Of a stretch of DNA of 64,000 nt, positions 7,588 to 15,443 are shown one piece after another. The notes beneath the pieces are model-generated. The model worked only from the letters and a program-made list of their open reading frames with translations. It was not told where the DNA came from and did no database searches. The DNA is from a virus. How positions within the stretch are numbered: position 1 is the stretch's first letter; every line of letters begins with the position of its first letter. Made by a program: the position numbers and the translations under genes. The stretch covers positions 1 through 64,000 of the IMG/VR virus record IMGVR_UViG_3300029985_000017, one strand, 5' to 3'.

Positions 7588-8133
7588 ATGAGTGTAGGAA
7601 GCAGACCACTTACAGATCAAGAAATCGAAGTAGTTTTAAACAATTTAAATACTCTTAGAGATAAGACCATGTTCTTTATTGGTTTAAAGTGTGGATTTAG
7701 AATAAGTGAAATTCTTAGCCTAACAGTTAAAAACGTAACACAATATGGAGAAGTTGCCAATCAAATTACGGTTGATCGTTGTAATATGAAAGGTAAACGT
7801 TCATCTAGAACCGTTCCACTTCATGATCAAGCTAAACAATTTTTGAAAGAGTATCTGCCTACTATTGATATAGCAAATCCAGAAACTAAGCTATTCCCTA
7901 TTACTAGATATGGTGCCCATTACGTTCTTAAGACGGCTTTTAATAAAGCTAAACTTGAAGGTAAGACAAGTACACACAGTTTAAGGAAGACATTCGCCAA
8001 TAAAGTCCATAAAGCTCTTGGAGAGAATATCTTTAAGACACAAAAAGCTATGGGCCATGCCAATTTAAGTTCAACAGCGCATTATATTTCTTTTATGCAA
8101 GAAGAAATTGACAATGCTATATTGGGAGTGTAA
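7588..8133 (+). CDS. tyrosine recombinase (catalytic domain only)
   Basis: GFRISE, K, HSLRK, MGH and Y catalytic motifs in 181 aa. Confidence 0.92.
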   Translation: MSVGSRPLTDQEIEVVLNNLNTLRDKTMFFIGLKCGFRISEILSLTVKNVTQYGEVANQITVDRCNMKGKRSSRTVPLHDQAKQFLKEYLPTIDIANPETKLFPITRYGAHYVLKTAFNKAKLEGKTSTHSLRKTFANKVHKALGENIFKTQKAMGHANLSSTAHYISFMQEEIDNAILGV

Positions 8134-8134
8134 T

Positions 8135-8386
8135 ATGAGAATTTATGTTGTTCAAGGTTCAACAGGTCAGTACGATGATCATTGCGAGTGGTTAGTAAAA
8201 GCTTTTAAGAGCAAGGATAAAGCTAAAGAATTTGTAGCTCAGGCGAATGAACATGCTGAAAATCTTAAATCTAATAGAGAAAGTGAATACTCTTTTTCAG
8301 ATGAAGCTCATCCTATGGATCCTAATTATATTACAGACTATACAGGCAGTAGTTATACATTCCACCCTGTAGAATTGGAGGATTAA
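8135..8386 (+). CDS. hypothetical protein
   Basis: IYVV.G.TG.Y.D..EW.VKAF motif; GGAG RBS. Confidence 0.75.
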   Translation: MRIYVVQGSTGQYDDHCEWLVKAFKSKDKAKEFVAQANEHAENLKSNRESEYSFSDEAHPMDPNYITDYTGSSYTFHPVELED

Positions 8387-8387
8387 A

Positions 8388-8705
8388 ATGGATACTAATT
8401 TCTTACTTTCAAGAGTGAAATTTATCACTAACCATCAAAGTGAATCTTTTCTTTCAAAGAAAGAAAAACAATATTATTTGGCCTATGCTTCCAAGATCAT
8501 TGTTGAGCTGGAGTTTAGAAGCAGACAAAATAATCAAGTAGATCTTGTGAGGGTAGTGGAGGGATTTAATCGTAAAGAATCTTATTCTGTTACCAAAAGT
8601 CTTTTTTTTAGTCCTAAGAAAGCACTGGACCAAGCTTGTAGAGATGCCTGTGATGTGATAGATAGTCTTTATAAATGTGATGGTTATTATGGAGGAGTAT
8701 TTTAA
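8388..8705 (+). CDS. hypothetical protein
   Basis: GGAGG RBS. Confidence 0.7.
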   Translation: MDTNFLLSRVKFITNHQSESFLSKKEKQYYLAYASKIIVELEFRSRQNNQVDLVRVVEGFNRKESYSVTKSLFFSPKKALDQACRDACDVIDSLYKCDGYYGGVF

Positions 8706-8706
8706 A

Positions 8707-8892
8707 GTGTCTGAAGAGTTAACTATTTTGAGAGAATATTTTGAAGATCTTCGTTTGGATATATATAATCTTACTAAAGAAGATATGACTAAGCTAGAAA
8801 CAGCATTAAGAGCTGGTGGCGAAAAAGCATTAGCTAATTGGCTATCAAATTTAAATGATCCAGAAGATCTACTAGATTATCTAGGAGAATAA
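8707..8892 (+). CDS. hypothetical protein
   Basis: GTG start after GGAGGAG. Confidence 0.65.
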   Translation: MSEELTILREYFEDLRLDIYNLTKEDMTKLETALRAGGEKALANWLSNLNDPEDLLDYLGE

Positions 8893-8894
8893 AA

Positions 8895-9110
8895 ATGAAT
8901 TTTACTAAAGGACAGCTTTATACTCATAGGAATATGCTAGATGTAGCTTTTAATGTTATTATCGTTTTATGGGAATCTGATAAAGGAGTTACATTAAAAG
9001 TTCGTTGGTATAATAAAGCTGGTTGGGATATGAATATAGTAGAAGTGATTTTTATAAAAGCAGACCAATATAAACATTGGTATAAATGGGATCAAAATCT
9101 ATGTGGATAG
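8895..9110 (+). CDS. hypothetical protein
   Basis: AGGAG RBS. Confidence 0.7.
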   Translation: MNFTKGQLYTHRNMLDVAFNVIIVLWESDKGVTLKVRWYNKAGWDMNIVEVIFIKADQYKHWYKWDQNLCG

Positions 9111-9244
9111 CGTGGTTCAAATGAACTATAGTCTTTTTCAGAACAATAAAAGGTTGATCCATCCAAATTAGTGCAAATCTTTTTATTTATTGTCGTTGTA
9201 GAGCAACCCATAATGAATACCGATAGAATAAATAAATACTTCAT
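9092..9244 (-). CDS. 50-aa lipoprotein, not in ORF track
   Basis: MKYLFILSVFIMGCSTTTINKKICTNLDGSTFYC...; AGGAG RBS. Confidence 0.7.
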   Translation of the reverse strand: MKYLFILSVFIMGCSTTTINKKICTNLDGSTFYCSEKDYSSFEPRYPHRF

Positions 9245-9260
9245 ATTAAAATTCTCCTGA

Positions 9261-9734
9261 TTATTTCTCATCGTTCTGTAATTGTCTAATAAGATTCATA
9301 TTTATACCACCAGATTTTGGAAGCTCTTTAGCTGGTGCTGATGGTTGATCCTTCGTGATAACTCTTTTATCTTTTTCAAGACTCTTATGAATAGCTTTAC
9401 CTTCTGCAATACGCTGACGTTCTTCTTCTTCCATCTTTTTATCAGCTTCTCTAAGGGCACGTTCACGTTTCGCATCAAATTCCGGATCACGTAATCCGCC
9501 AATGATATCAAGTAGATCGTCCATACGTTCTTCGATATCCCAATCCGCCAATTGATCAGACATAACTTGTGTAATTACAAATTCCGGATTGAGTTCCATT
9601 ACTTGTAAAAGTGGGGTATGGAACATTTTACTGTAATTCCGGCAGTACCGAAGCCATATCGCCGTTTCATCAGGATAGAGTTTGCTGGCTAATGCTACGG
9701 CGGTAGAGGCTTCTACCAGATCGGAGAAGCTCAT
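9261..9734 (-). CDS. hypothetical protein (possible tail assembly chaperone partner)
   Basis: ATGA-coupled to upstream gene; YSKMFHTPL motif. Confidence 0.55.
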   Translation of the reverse strand: MSFSDLVEASTAVALASKLYPDETAIWLRYCRNYSKMFHTPLLQVMELNPEFVITQVMSDQLADWDIEERMDDLLDIIGGLRDPEFDAKRERALREADKKMEEEERQRIAEGKAIHKSLEKDKRVITKDQPSAPAKELPKSGGINMNLIRQLQNDEK

Positions 9735-10240
9735 AGCTCATCTTTATCCTTAGCCTTTAAACGATCCTGCATGGCTTTGGTTGCGGTTTCGGCCCTAGCT
9801 AGGGCTTCTTCCTTCTTTTTAGCTAAGTCTTCTTTATAGAGCTGCTCAGACGTTATAGCACGATCCAGAGCCATTAGTAGGATATTAATATCAGGAATAT
9901 CCCCATTCACCAATGACTGAGTGCTCCAGAAGGGTGGTGCTTTAACAATTCGTTTGGAAAGTTGGCTAATGGCAAAAGCTAAATAACGTTCTTGATCGGA
10001 ACTATCGCGTTCTACAATAAGTTCGCCGTCTTTGATATTTAGATGACCGTAATCGTGGCCAATCAAATCTCTGTACAATCTGCCAATACTGAGTATATCA
10101 GTTGGGGTAAGGTAACACTTGAAGATAAACTTACCTGAATAAGTTTGCCCAAGAGTATCTCCCTCTTCTCTAAGGGTCCATACTGCCGTGCCATCAATAG
10201 GATTGAGAATTAAATCTTCTGGTTTCTTTTTATCTTCCAT
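9731..10240 (-). CDS. hypothetical protein (possible tail assembly chaperone)
   Basis: YSGKFIFK...L.KRIVKAP.FW pattern; function is a guess. Confidence 0.55.
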   Translation of the reverse strand: MEDKKKPEDLILNPIDGTAVWTLREEGDTLGQTYSGKFIFKCYLTPTDILSIGRLYRDLIGHDYGHLNIKDGELIVERDSSDQERYLAFAISQLSKRIVKAPPFWSTQSLVNGDIPDINILLMALDRAITSEQLYKEDLAKKKEEALARAETATKAMQDRLKAKDKDEL

Positions 10241-10304
10241 GTTTATTATATATCATAAACGATTATTAAAATAACTATAGTTTATATATATAATTGCTAT
10301 TTGT

Positions 10305-10346
10305 CTTCTTCTTCTTCTTCTTCTTCTTCTTCTTCTTCTTCGGAAG
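10305..10346 (+). repeat. (CTT)12 microsatellite ending in a C-TTCG-G hairpin
   Basis: 12 perfect CTT units 10305-10340; TCTTC-TTCG-GAAGA. Confidence 0.9.
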
Positions 10347-10400
10347 AGATTTTTCTTCTTATGGTTTTTTATATATAGTTAGGAAGGGGTTCTTATTAGG

Positions 10401-10451
10401 GCGCAGCTCCTGCACCCGTGCAGGTGGTGCACCGGTGCAAAATAGCACTTG
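10401..10451. repeat. three 17-bp-period palindromic iteron-like repeats GTGCA-N5-TGCAC
   Basis: GCGCAGCTCCTGCACCC / GTGCAGGTGGTGCACCG / GTGCAAAATAGCACTTG. Confidence 0.75.
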
Positions 10452-10495
10452 ACTTTCCAAAAATTATGATATAGAGTTGTTAAAGAGAGACGATT

Positions 10496-10903
10496 ATGAA
10501 TTCTATTCACGTTAATTTTTTTAAGATTCCTAACAAAATCTATGATATTGGTTTATCTTCTGGAGAAATTTTGGTCTTAGGCTATCTTCTTTCCCTTTCT
10601 AATAACAAAGTTGTCCATCCTTCAAAAAGAGTTATTGCCAATAAAATCAAGCTTAGCAAACGTTCTGTAGATGCTGCTATTACTTCATTAGTAAAAAGAG
10701 GTATTTTAGAATATAATCGAGGATATAGCAAAGGCAATGAAAGGATTTGTAATCAATATCATGTTATTATAGAAAATATAGATCCTATTTGTATGCTTAA
10801 AAGTGAAAAACACCATAAAAAAGAAGTTGAAAATTCCATTATTTTTGATAAAATAGTTAAAGAATCGGTAGAAAATATTTGGTCTAAAACAAAGGAGAAC
10901 TAA
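10496..10903 (+). CDS. winged-HTH protein of phage replication-initiator type (HTH_36-like)
   Basis: LSSGEILVLGYLLS...HPSKRVIA...LSKRSV..AI..L...G.L...N.Y. Confidence 0.8.
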   Translation: MNSIHVNFFKIPNKIYDIGLSSGEILVLGYLLSLSNNKVVHPSKRVIANKIKLSKRSVDAAITSLVKRGILEYNRGYSKGNERICNQYHVIIENIDPICMLKSEKHHKKEVENSIIFDKIVKESVENIWSKTKEN

Positions 10904-10906
10904 GAT

Positions 10907-11176
10907 ATGTTTGAAAAAATGGATGCTAAAGGATATGATTTGTACGAAGCTTTTACAGATCAATGGGTTATTGATCTTAAGAATGGACAAGCTTTTCACG
11001 GGACCTTCAAAGAAGTAGCAAAAGCTATGGTAGGTCAGCTTGGATTTGAAGCCAATGAAATTGAGGATGCTGTTACTTATATGACTAAGCTAGGTCATAA
11101 CGCCGCCCATTTTGGAACTTTTCAAAGATTTATTTTTAGTTTTAATAAAGAAGTTGATAATGAAAAAGCCTCTTGA
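10907..11176 (+). CDS. hypothetical protein
   Basis: AAGGAG RBS. Confidence 0.7.
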   Translation: MFEKMDAKGYDLYEAFTDQWVIDLKNGQAFHGTFKEVAKAMVGQLGFEANEIEDAVTYMTKLGHNAAHFGTFQRFIFSFNKEVDNEKAS

Positions 11177-11342
11177 TAAGAATAGTCCAGTAGTCACTCT
11201 TATCAAAACAAACTCTGGACCTAAATGTTCTAGATGTGAAAGGCACGACTTTATTAAATATGGATTAGGATGGGCATGCTTTTATTGTGGGCTTTATATT
11301 TACCCACAATTGACTCGTGATATAAACAGACTAAAGGGGTAA
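11160..11342 (+). CDS. zinc-ribbon protein
   Basis: CSRC...CFYCG. Confidence 0.65.
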   Translation: MKKPLDKNSPVVTLIKTNSGPKCSRCERHDFIKYGLGWACFYCGLYIYPQLTRDINRLKG

Positions 11343-11347
11343 TTATT

Positions 11348-11605
11348 ATGAATCCTAATACGAGAATTTTAATCCTTCAGCATTATGGCGAAACACCCGA
11401 GCAAAATATGGAAATTACTCTTTGTCCTGTTTTGGTTAAACTTATGGCAGCTACACCCGCTATAGTTCAAGATCGTCCTGTTAAGAAAACTATGATTTTC
11501 TTTTCAGGTGAAGAAGATCCGGTCGAATTTAATTTGAATGAGATTGATTACATACAGATTCAATCTATTGTAGGCGCTTACACTTTAGTAGATTCTTACG
11601 AGTAA
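11348..11605 (+). CDS. hypothetical protein
   Basis: AAGGGG RBS. Confidence 0.65.
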   Translation: MNPNTRILILQHYGETPEQNMEITLCPVLVKLMAATPAIVQDRPVKKTMIFFSGEEDPVEFNLNEIDYIQIQSIVGAYTLVDSYE

Positions 11606-11983
11606 TTAACTATTTTTGTCGATCATCTTGACTAAGATAGACATGAGTTGGGAATGCTGATCATTTAATTGATCTCTAATGGCTCCAATTTTTTCACTTA
11701 GATTTTTAAGCTCTAAAGCATGATTATCTTTGATATTAGATATATCTTTTTGAATGCTTTCTTTTAGATTGTGGACATCTACTTCTAAAAGATCTATTCT
11801 AGCTTTTAATTCTCTTTTGATTTCGGCATCATATTCTTTAGCTTTTTCTAGAACTTCGTTAGAAACACTATTACGCCTTCTACGATACTCTTTAAGCACT
11901 TCTTGCACAGAATACCAAGCCGTAGCTACAGCCGTTATTCCACCCAAAGTGGGTCCAATCCAGTTATATCCACTTAGGTCCAT
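11606..11983 (-). CDS. membrane-anchored coiled-coil protein (lysis-related candidate)
   Basis: N-terminal hydrophobic helix plus heptads; late motif upstream. Confidence 0.6.
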   Translation of the reverse strand: MDLSGYNWIGPTLGGITAVATAWYSVQEVLKEYRRRRNSVSNEVLEKAKEYDAEIKRELKARIDLLEVDVHNLKESIQKDISNIKDNHALELKNLSEKIGAIRDQLNDQHSQLMSILVKMIDKNS

Positions 11984-12002
11984 ACGGCAATTCCCCTATG
12001 TA

Positions 12003-12010
12003 TAAAGATT
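12003..12010 (-). promoter_or_regulatory. late promoter motif AATCTTTA
   Basis: One of 11 copies upstream of late genes. Confidence 0.7.
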
Positions 12011-12050
12011 GGCGTTTTGACTTGTGATATAATAGGTATGAGAGGTAATT

Positions 12051-12323
12051 ATGGCCGAATATCTAGTTAATTTTCTTAATATTTTCACTGGTTTGCGCAA
12101 AACTATAGTAATGCTTTCTTTAATGTTTATTACGTGTATTTTTAGAATTAAAGGTTATATCGGACCAGACAATTTTGAAGGTATAATGAAATCTACAGTT
12201 TTGGGTTTTTTTGGCTCAAATAGCATAGAACATTATACAGCTATGGTAAAAACCCATCTGGAAAGTAAAAATGGTATTACCAAGGCTGTTACAGAAATTG
12301 ATTCTACCACGGGGACAGGCTAA
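12051..12323 (+). CDS. small membrane protein, holin candidate
   Basis: GLRKTIV followed by two hydrophobic segments. Confidence 0.5.
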   Translation: MAEYLVNFLNIFTGLRKTIVMLSLMFITCIFRIKGYIGPDNFEGIMKSTVLGFFGSNSIEHYTAMVKTHLESKNGITKAVTEIDSTTGTG

Positions 12324-12631
12324 TGTTGAATAAAATTAAATTTTTCTTATCAGCGTTATGGGCTCAAGTCGGGGATATATGGAATAGAAGCAAGATCTTT
12401 ATTTTAGCTTTAGCAACTACTTTAGTTTACTTAGAATGGAATAAAATTAAAGAAGCTTTTGCTACATTGGCAGCTCAACGTGAAATGAAGAAAGACAATA
12501 ATAAAGATCAGGGTCTATCCAATACAGAGAATACAGATAATAATCAAGCAAATGCTCTTGTAAATCAATCAAATGATCTGCCTAATCAAGACAAACCAGC
12601 CACTGATGATTGGTATAAGAACCAAAAATAG
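12323..12631 (+). CDS. membrane protein, spanin-like candidate
   Basis: TM segment followed by helical polar tail. Confidence 0.45.
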   Translation: MLNKIKFFLSALWAQVGDIWNRSKIFILALATTLVYLEWNKIKEAFATLAAQREMKKDNNKDQGLSNTENTDNNQANALVNQSNDLPNQDKPATDDWYKNQK

Positions 12632-12639
12632 GAGAATTT

Positions 12640-13032
12640 ATGAAAGATGCTTTTATTAGTTTTATAATCTTGTTCTTGGTTTCTGACATGGCTTGGGCAG
12701 ATTGCGACTGGAATACAGGCATCACTCCCGGACCAAACCATACGTATGTTTATTCAGAAGATTGTCATCTAGCTGTAGGGAATTTAGTACAATCTAATAA
12801 AACTCAAACTAAACAAATTACAGATTTAACTAAAGCTATACAACTAAAAGATTTGGCTCTTACAGCTGCTGATAGCCGTACTATTTTATGGCAAAATGCG
12901 AGCGACAAAGAACTGAACAGTTTGAATACTATTCAATCAGATCAGAAGCGATCGGATTGGCTATATTTTGGATTGGGCGCTATCACAGTTCTCGGCGCAG
13001 GCTATATGGCAGCCAAGTTGATTGGACATTGA
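12640..13032 (+). CDS. secreted coiled-coil protein with C-terminal TM (spanin-like candidate)
   Basis: Signal peptide AWA, Cys pair, coil, WLYFGLGAITVLGAG. Confidence 0.5.
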   Translation: MKDAFISFIILFLVSDMAWADCDWNTGITPGPNHTYVYSEDCHLAVGNLVQSNKTQTKQITDLTKAIQLKDLALTAADSRTILWQNASDKELNSLNTIQSDQKRSDWLYFGLGAITVLGAGYMAAKLIGH

Positions 13033-13034
13033 GA

Positions 13035-13796
13035 TCACTTACGAAGTGTCATAAACTCACTGCCATATTGACTAATATAACAGTATTCTACAGTGAAATA
13101 GCCATTCATGCCCCAGGTAGTTCCCCATGAATTTCTAATTTTAAATCTACTGGTTGAATCATCGTATCCCACAATGACCACACAATGACCACCTTGTAAT
13201 TTATCTTCTGCAGTTGGCATATTTAAAATACCAGTTTGAGCTACTTCATCTGATTCAATGTTATCAAATACTTCTATACCACAAATAACAGGATATCCAT
13301 CAGCTAAGCAATGTTTAATATCTAAAAAATCATTTAAAGCAAATGAATTTAATATTTTATGATTAGCAGCTTCTTCATAGGCTTCTGTAGAAGGTTTTGT
13401 TTCCCAGTTGTCTTGGGAATAAGGCCAAATAGCTTCATCACAACAGCCTATATTGGCCAATACCCATGCACCAGTAGATATTTGAGAACCGGCATCTTGG
13501 GCAATAGTTCCTTCGTGGTCGCGTTCACAATAATATATGAATTGTCGAGATGCAGGTACAAAACTAGTTGTAGAAAACTCCTCTGGAGCAGCACATTTTT
13601 GTTTTAAATCAAGTAGTTCAAAAAATGCCCAAACTCCGGCCCATCCATTGCCTGTACATGATCCTTCTTGACCTTGATCAAATACAGGTGGGAATGCAGA
13701 TTCGAGATCTATAGATGGAGGCAAAGATTGTACATTAGGAATAGAAAACGTTAGTTTAGATTTAAGCTGGACATTAAATCTATGAGACATTTCCAA
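13035..13796 (-). CDS. papain-family (C1A) cysteine protease
   Basis: DQGQEGSCTG, GGHCVVIVGY, IRNSWG. Confidence 0.93.
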   Translation of the reverse strand: MEMSHRFNVQLKSKLTFSIPNVQSLPPSIDLESAFPPVFDQGQEGSCTGNGWAGVWAFFELLDLKQKCAAPEEFSTTSFVPASRQFIYYCERDHEGTIAQDAGSQISTGAWVLANIGCCDEAIWPYSQDNWETKPSTEAYEEAANHKILNSFALNDFLDIKHCLADGYPVICGIEVFDNIESDEVAQTGILNMPTAEDKLQGGHCVVIVGYDDSTSRFKIRNSWGTTWGMNGYFTVEYCYISQYGSEFMTLRK

Positions 13797-14304
13797 CTCT
13801 ATTCGGTGTAAAACCTTTGTTAACTAGAAAATTATATATATCCTTAGGGGTCATAGAAGAAGGATCTAAATTACCTTCATTTAATTCTATTAGGACATCC
13901 CCTACTAATTCTGAACAAAAATATGATGAGGTACTATAAAATGGATTTTTAACATTTTTACCAAACAATCTCATGAAAAGAACCCAAGCAAATCCAAATA
14001 TTTGTGCTATTCCATAAGGGGTTCCGACCTTATCAATAGCTCCTTGAATTACGCCTTCTTTTGTAGACTCTGAAATGGGTAAACTAAATTCATCACATAT
14101 ATTTTCTTCAGAATCAAACATTGTTTGTCCAATAAAGTTCGTTTTCAAGCCACTGGCTTGAAAAATTATCCATCTATCTGAATATGAATCATAATATTTT
14201 ATATAAGCATGAGAATATGGGGACCAAGTTGCAAGCCTTATAATCCATGAGAAAGGTTCAAACCAACTATCAGGACGAGATAATCCTATGATTATAGTTT
14301 CCAT
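13780..14304 (-). CDS. permuted papain-like (YiiX/YebB, NlpC/P60-type) peptidase
   Basis: SHAYI...G.PYG...FCSELV (His before Cys). Confidence 0.8.
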   Translation of the reverse strand: METIIIGLSRPDSWFEPFSWIIRLATWSPYSHAYIKYYDSYSDRWIIFQASGLKTNFIGQTMFDSEENICDEFSLPISESTKEGVIQGAIDKVGTPYGIAQIFGFAWVLFMRLFGKNVKNPFYSTSSYFCSELVGDVLIELNEGNLDPSSMTPKDIYNFLVNKGFTPNRVGNVS

Positions 14305-14305
14305 A

Positions 14306-14965
14306 TTATAAAGACCCTTGATAAGAGATGATATTTATAACCACTTGGGAGTTAATAGTAGGAGAAGTATTAGTGTAAATAAATCTCATATATAATCCTA
14401 CAGGTATTTCATTACTAAGAGAAATATCTTCCACTTCGTTTAAAATAGAAGGTATTACATACCAATTATTAACATAGGTGGCCAGTATAGTAGGATTATC
14501 TGAAGTACCACCTTTTCCAATTATATTGTTTTTATCAATTATTTGAACCGTGATAAAATCACCAATATTTCCAGGTGAAGAGTACATTATTCCACCTTTA
14601 ATATAAAAGGAACTACTAATTAACATATCAAAAGTGGTTGATTGATTAGCAGCAGCTAAAAATGTGGTTCCAAATGGACATAGAATTACACTATCAACGC
14701 CCAGTTTCTGTATAACTTTAGGAATAATAGTCTGCACCACAGGTAGTGGTTGATCCGTATAGGATGACATTAAAGTATTCAATGTAGCTTGATCTTCAGT
14801 AGATAATACATCCTTAAATAATAGAGAGACTGACATAGAAGAACCAGTACCACTAGTTTCTATATTAACTAGAACAGTCACTATACTACTAGACTGTATT
14901 AATGAAACAAGATTGTCAGTGTAAAGAACTTGTTGTGTAAAAGTATATTGAGTTGGAGTAGCCAT
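14306..14965 (-). CDS. virion structural protein (fibre operon)
   Basis: Beta-rich, in fibre gene cluster. Confidence 0.6.
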   Translation of the reverse strand: MATPTQYTFTQQVLYTDNLVSLIQSSSIVTVLVNIETSGTGSSMSVSLLFKDVLSTEDQATLNTLMSSYTDQPLPVVQTIIPKVIQKLGVDSVILCPFGTTFLAAANQSTTFDMLISSSFYIKGGIMYSSPGNIGDFITVQIIDKNNIIGKGGTSDNPTILATYVNNWYVIPSILNEVEDISLSNEIPVGLYMRFIYTNTSPTINSQVVINIISYQGSL

Positions 14966-14966
14966 A

Positions 14967-15443
14967 TTATGATAACCTCACTACGTCGAAATTTAATCCA
15001 GTTACAGTTACAGTACCGGCACTGGTGACTGCTTGCACTGCTATTGCTTGTGAACCATTTACGGTTACTATTTTATTAGTACTTAAACTCATATTTTGAA
15101 AAGCGTTAAAAGAACCTGTTCCAGTTGGCATTGTTTGTCTCTTAGTATCAGCTTGTGCAGTTCCGGCGAGATATATCTGAATTGATATAACATTACCAGC
15201 ACCACTGGAAGCTGTAACATTACAACTAAACATAACCAAATAAGTTCCTGCTACAGGTGTAACCGTAGAACTGCCTATAGTACCATTAGTAGTGGTAACC
15301 GTAATAGCAGCAGAACTATTTACTTCGTTATTGTAGAGACCAAAAGCAAGGTTGCCACCATTGTCAACCAATGGGGCACCGGAGTTAACTCCGGGAGCAT
15401 TAATATATTGTCCTTGAAAAAGGATTGAACCGTTAACAGGCAT
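14967..15443 (-). CDS. fibre-tip / BclA-C1q-like beta-sandwich protein
   Basis: AGTYLVMFS, beta-rich, ends VVRLS. Confidence 0.55.
   Translation of the reverse strand: MPVNGSILFQGQYINAPGVNSGAPLVDNGGNLAFGLYNNEVNSSAAITVTTTNGTIGSSTVTPVAGTYLVMFSCNVTASSGAGNVISIQIYLAGTAQADTKRQTMPTGTGSFNAFQNMSLSTNKIVTVNGSQAIAVQAVTSAGTVTVTGLNFDVVRLS

Noticed and set aside
5309-8133. Prophage attachment site (tRNA plus integrase)
   Set aside because: No duplicated tRNA 3' end or host genes; the recombinase lacks N-terminal binding domains.
9731-9765. Tail-chaperone-type -1 frameshift at T_TTA_AAG near the end of 9731-10240
   Set aside because: The -1 frame hits TAA two codons later; the downstream ORF is explained by ATGA coupling.
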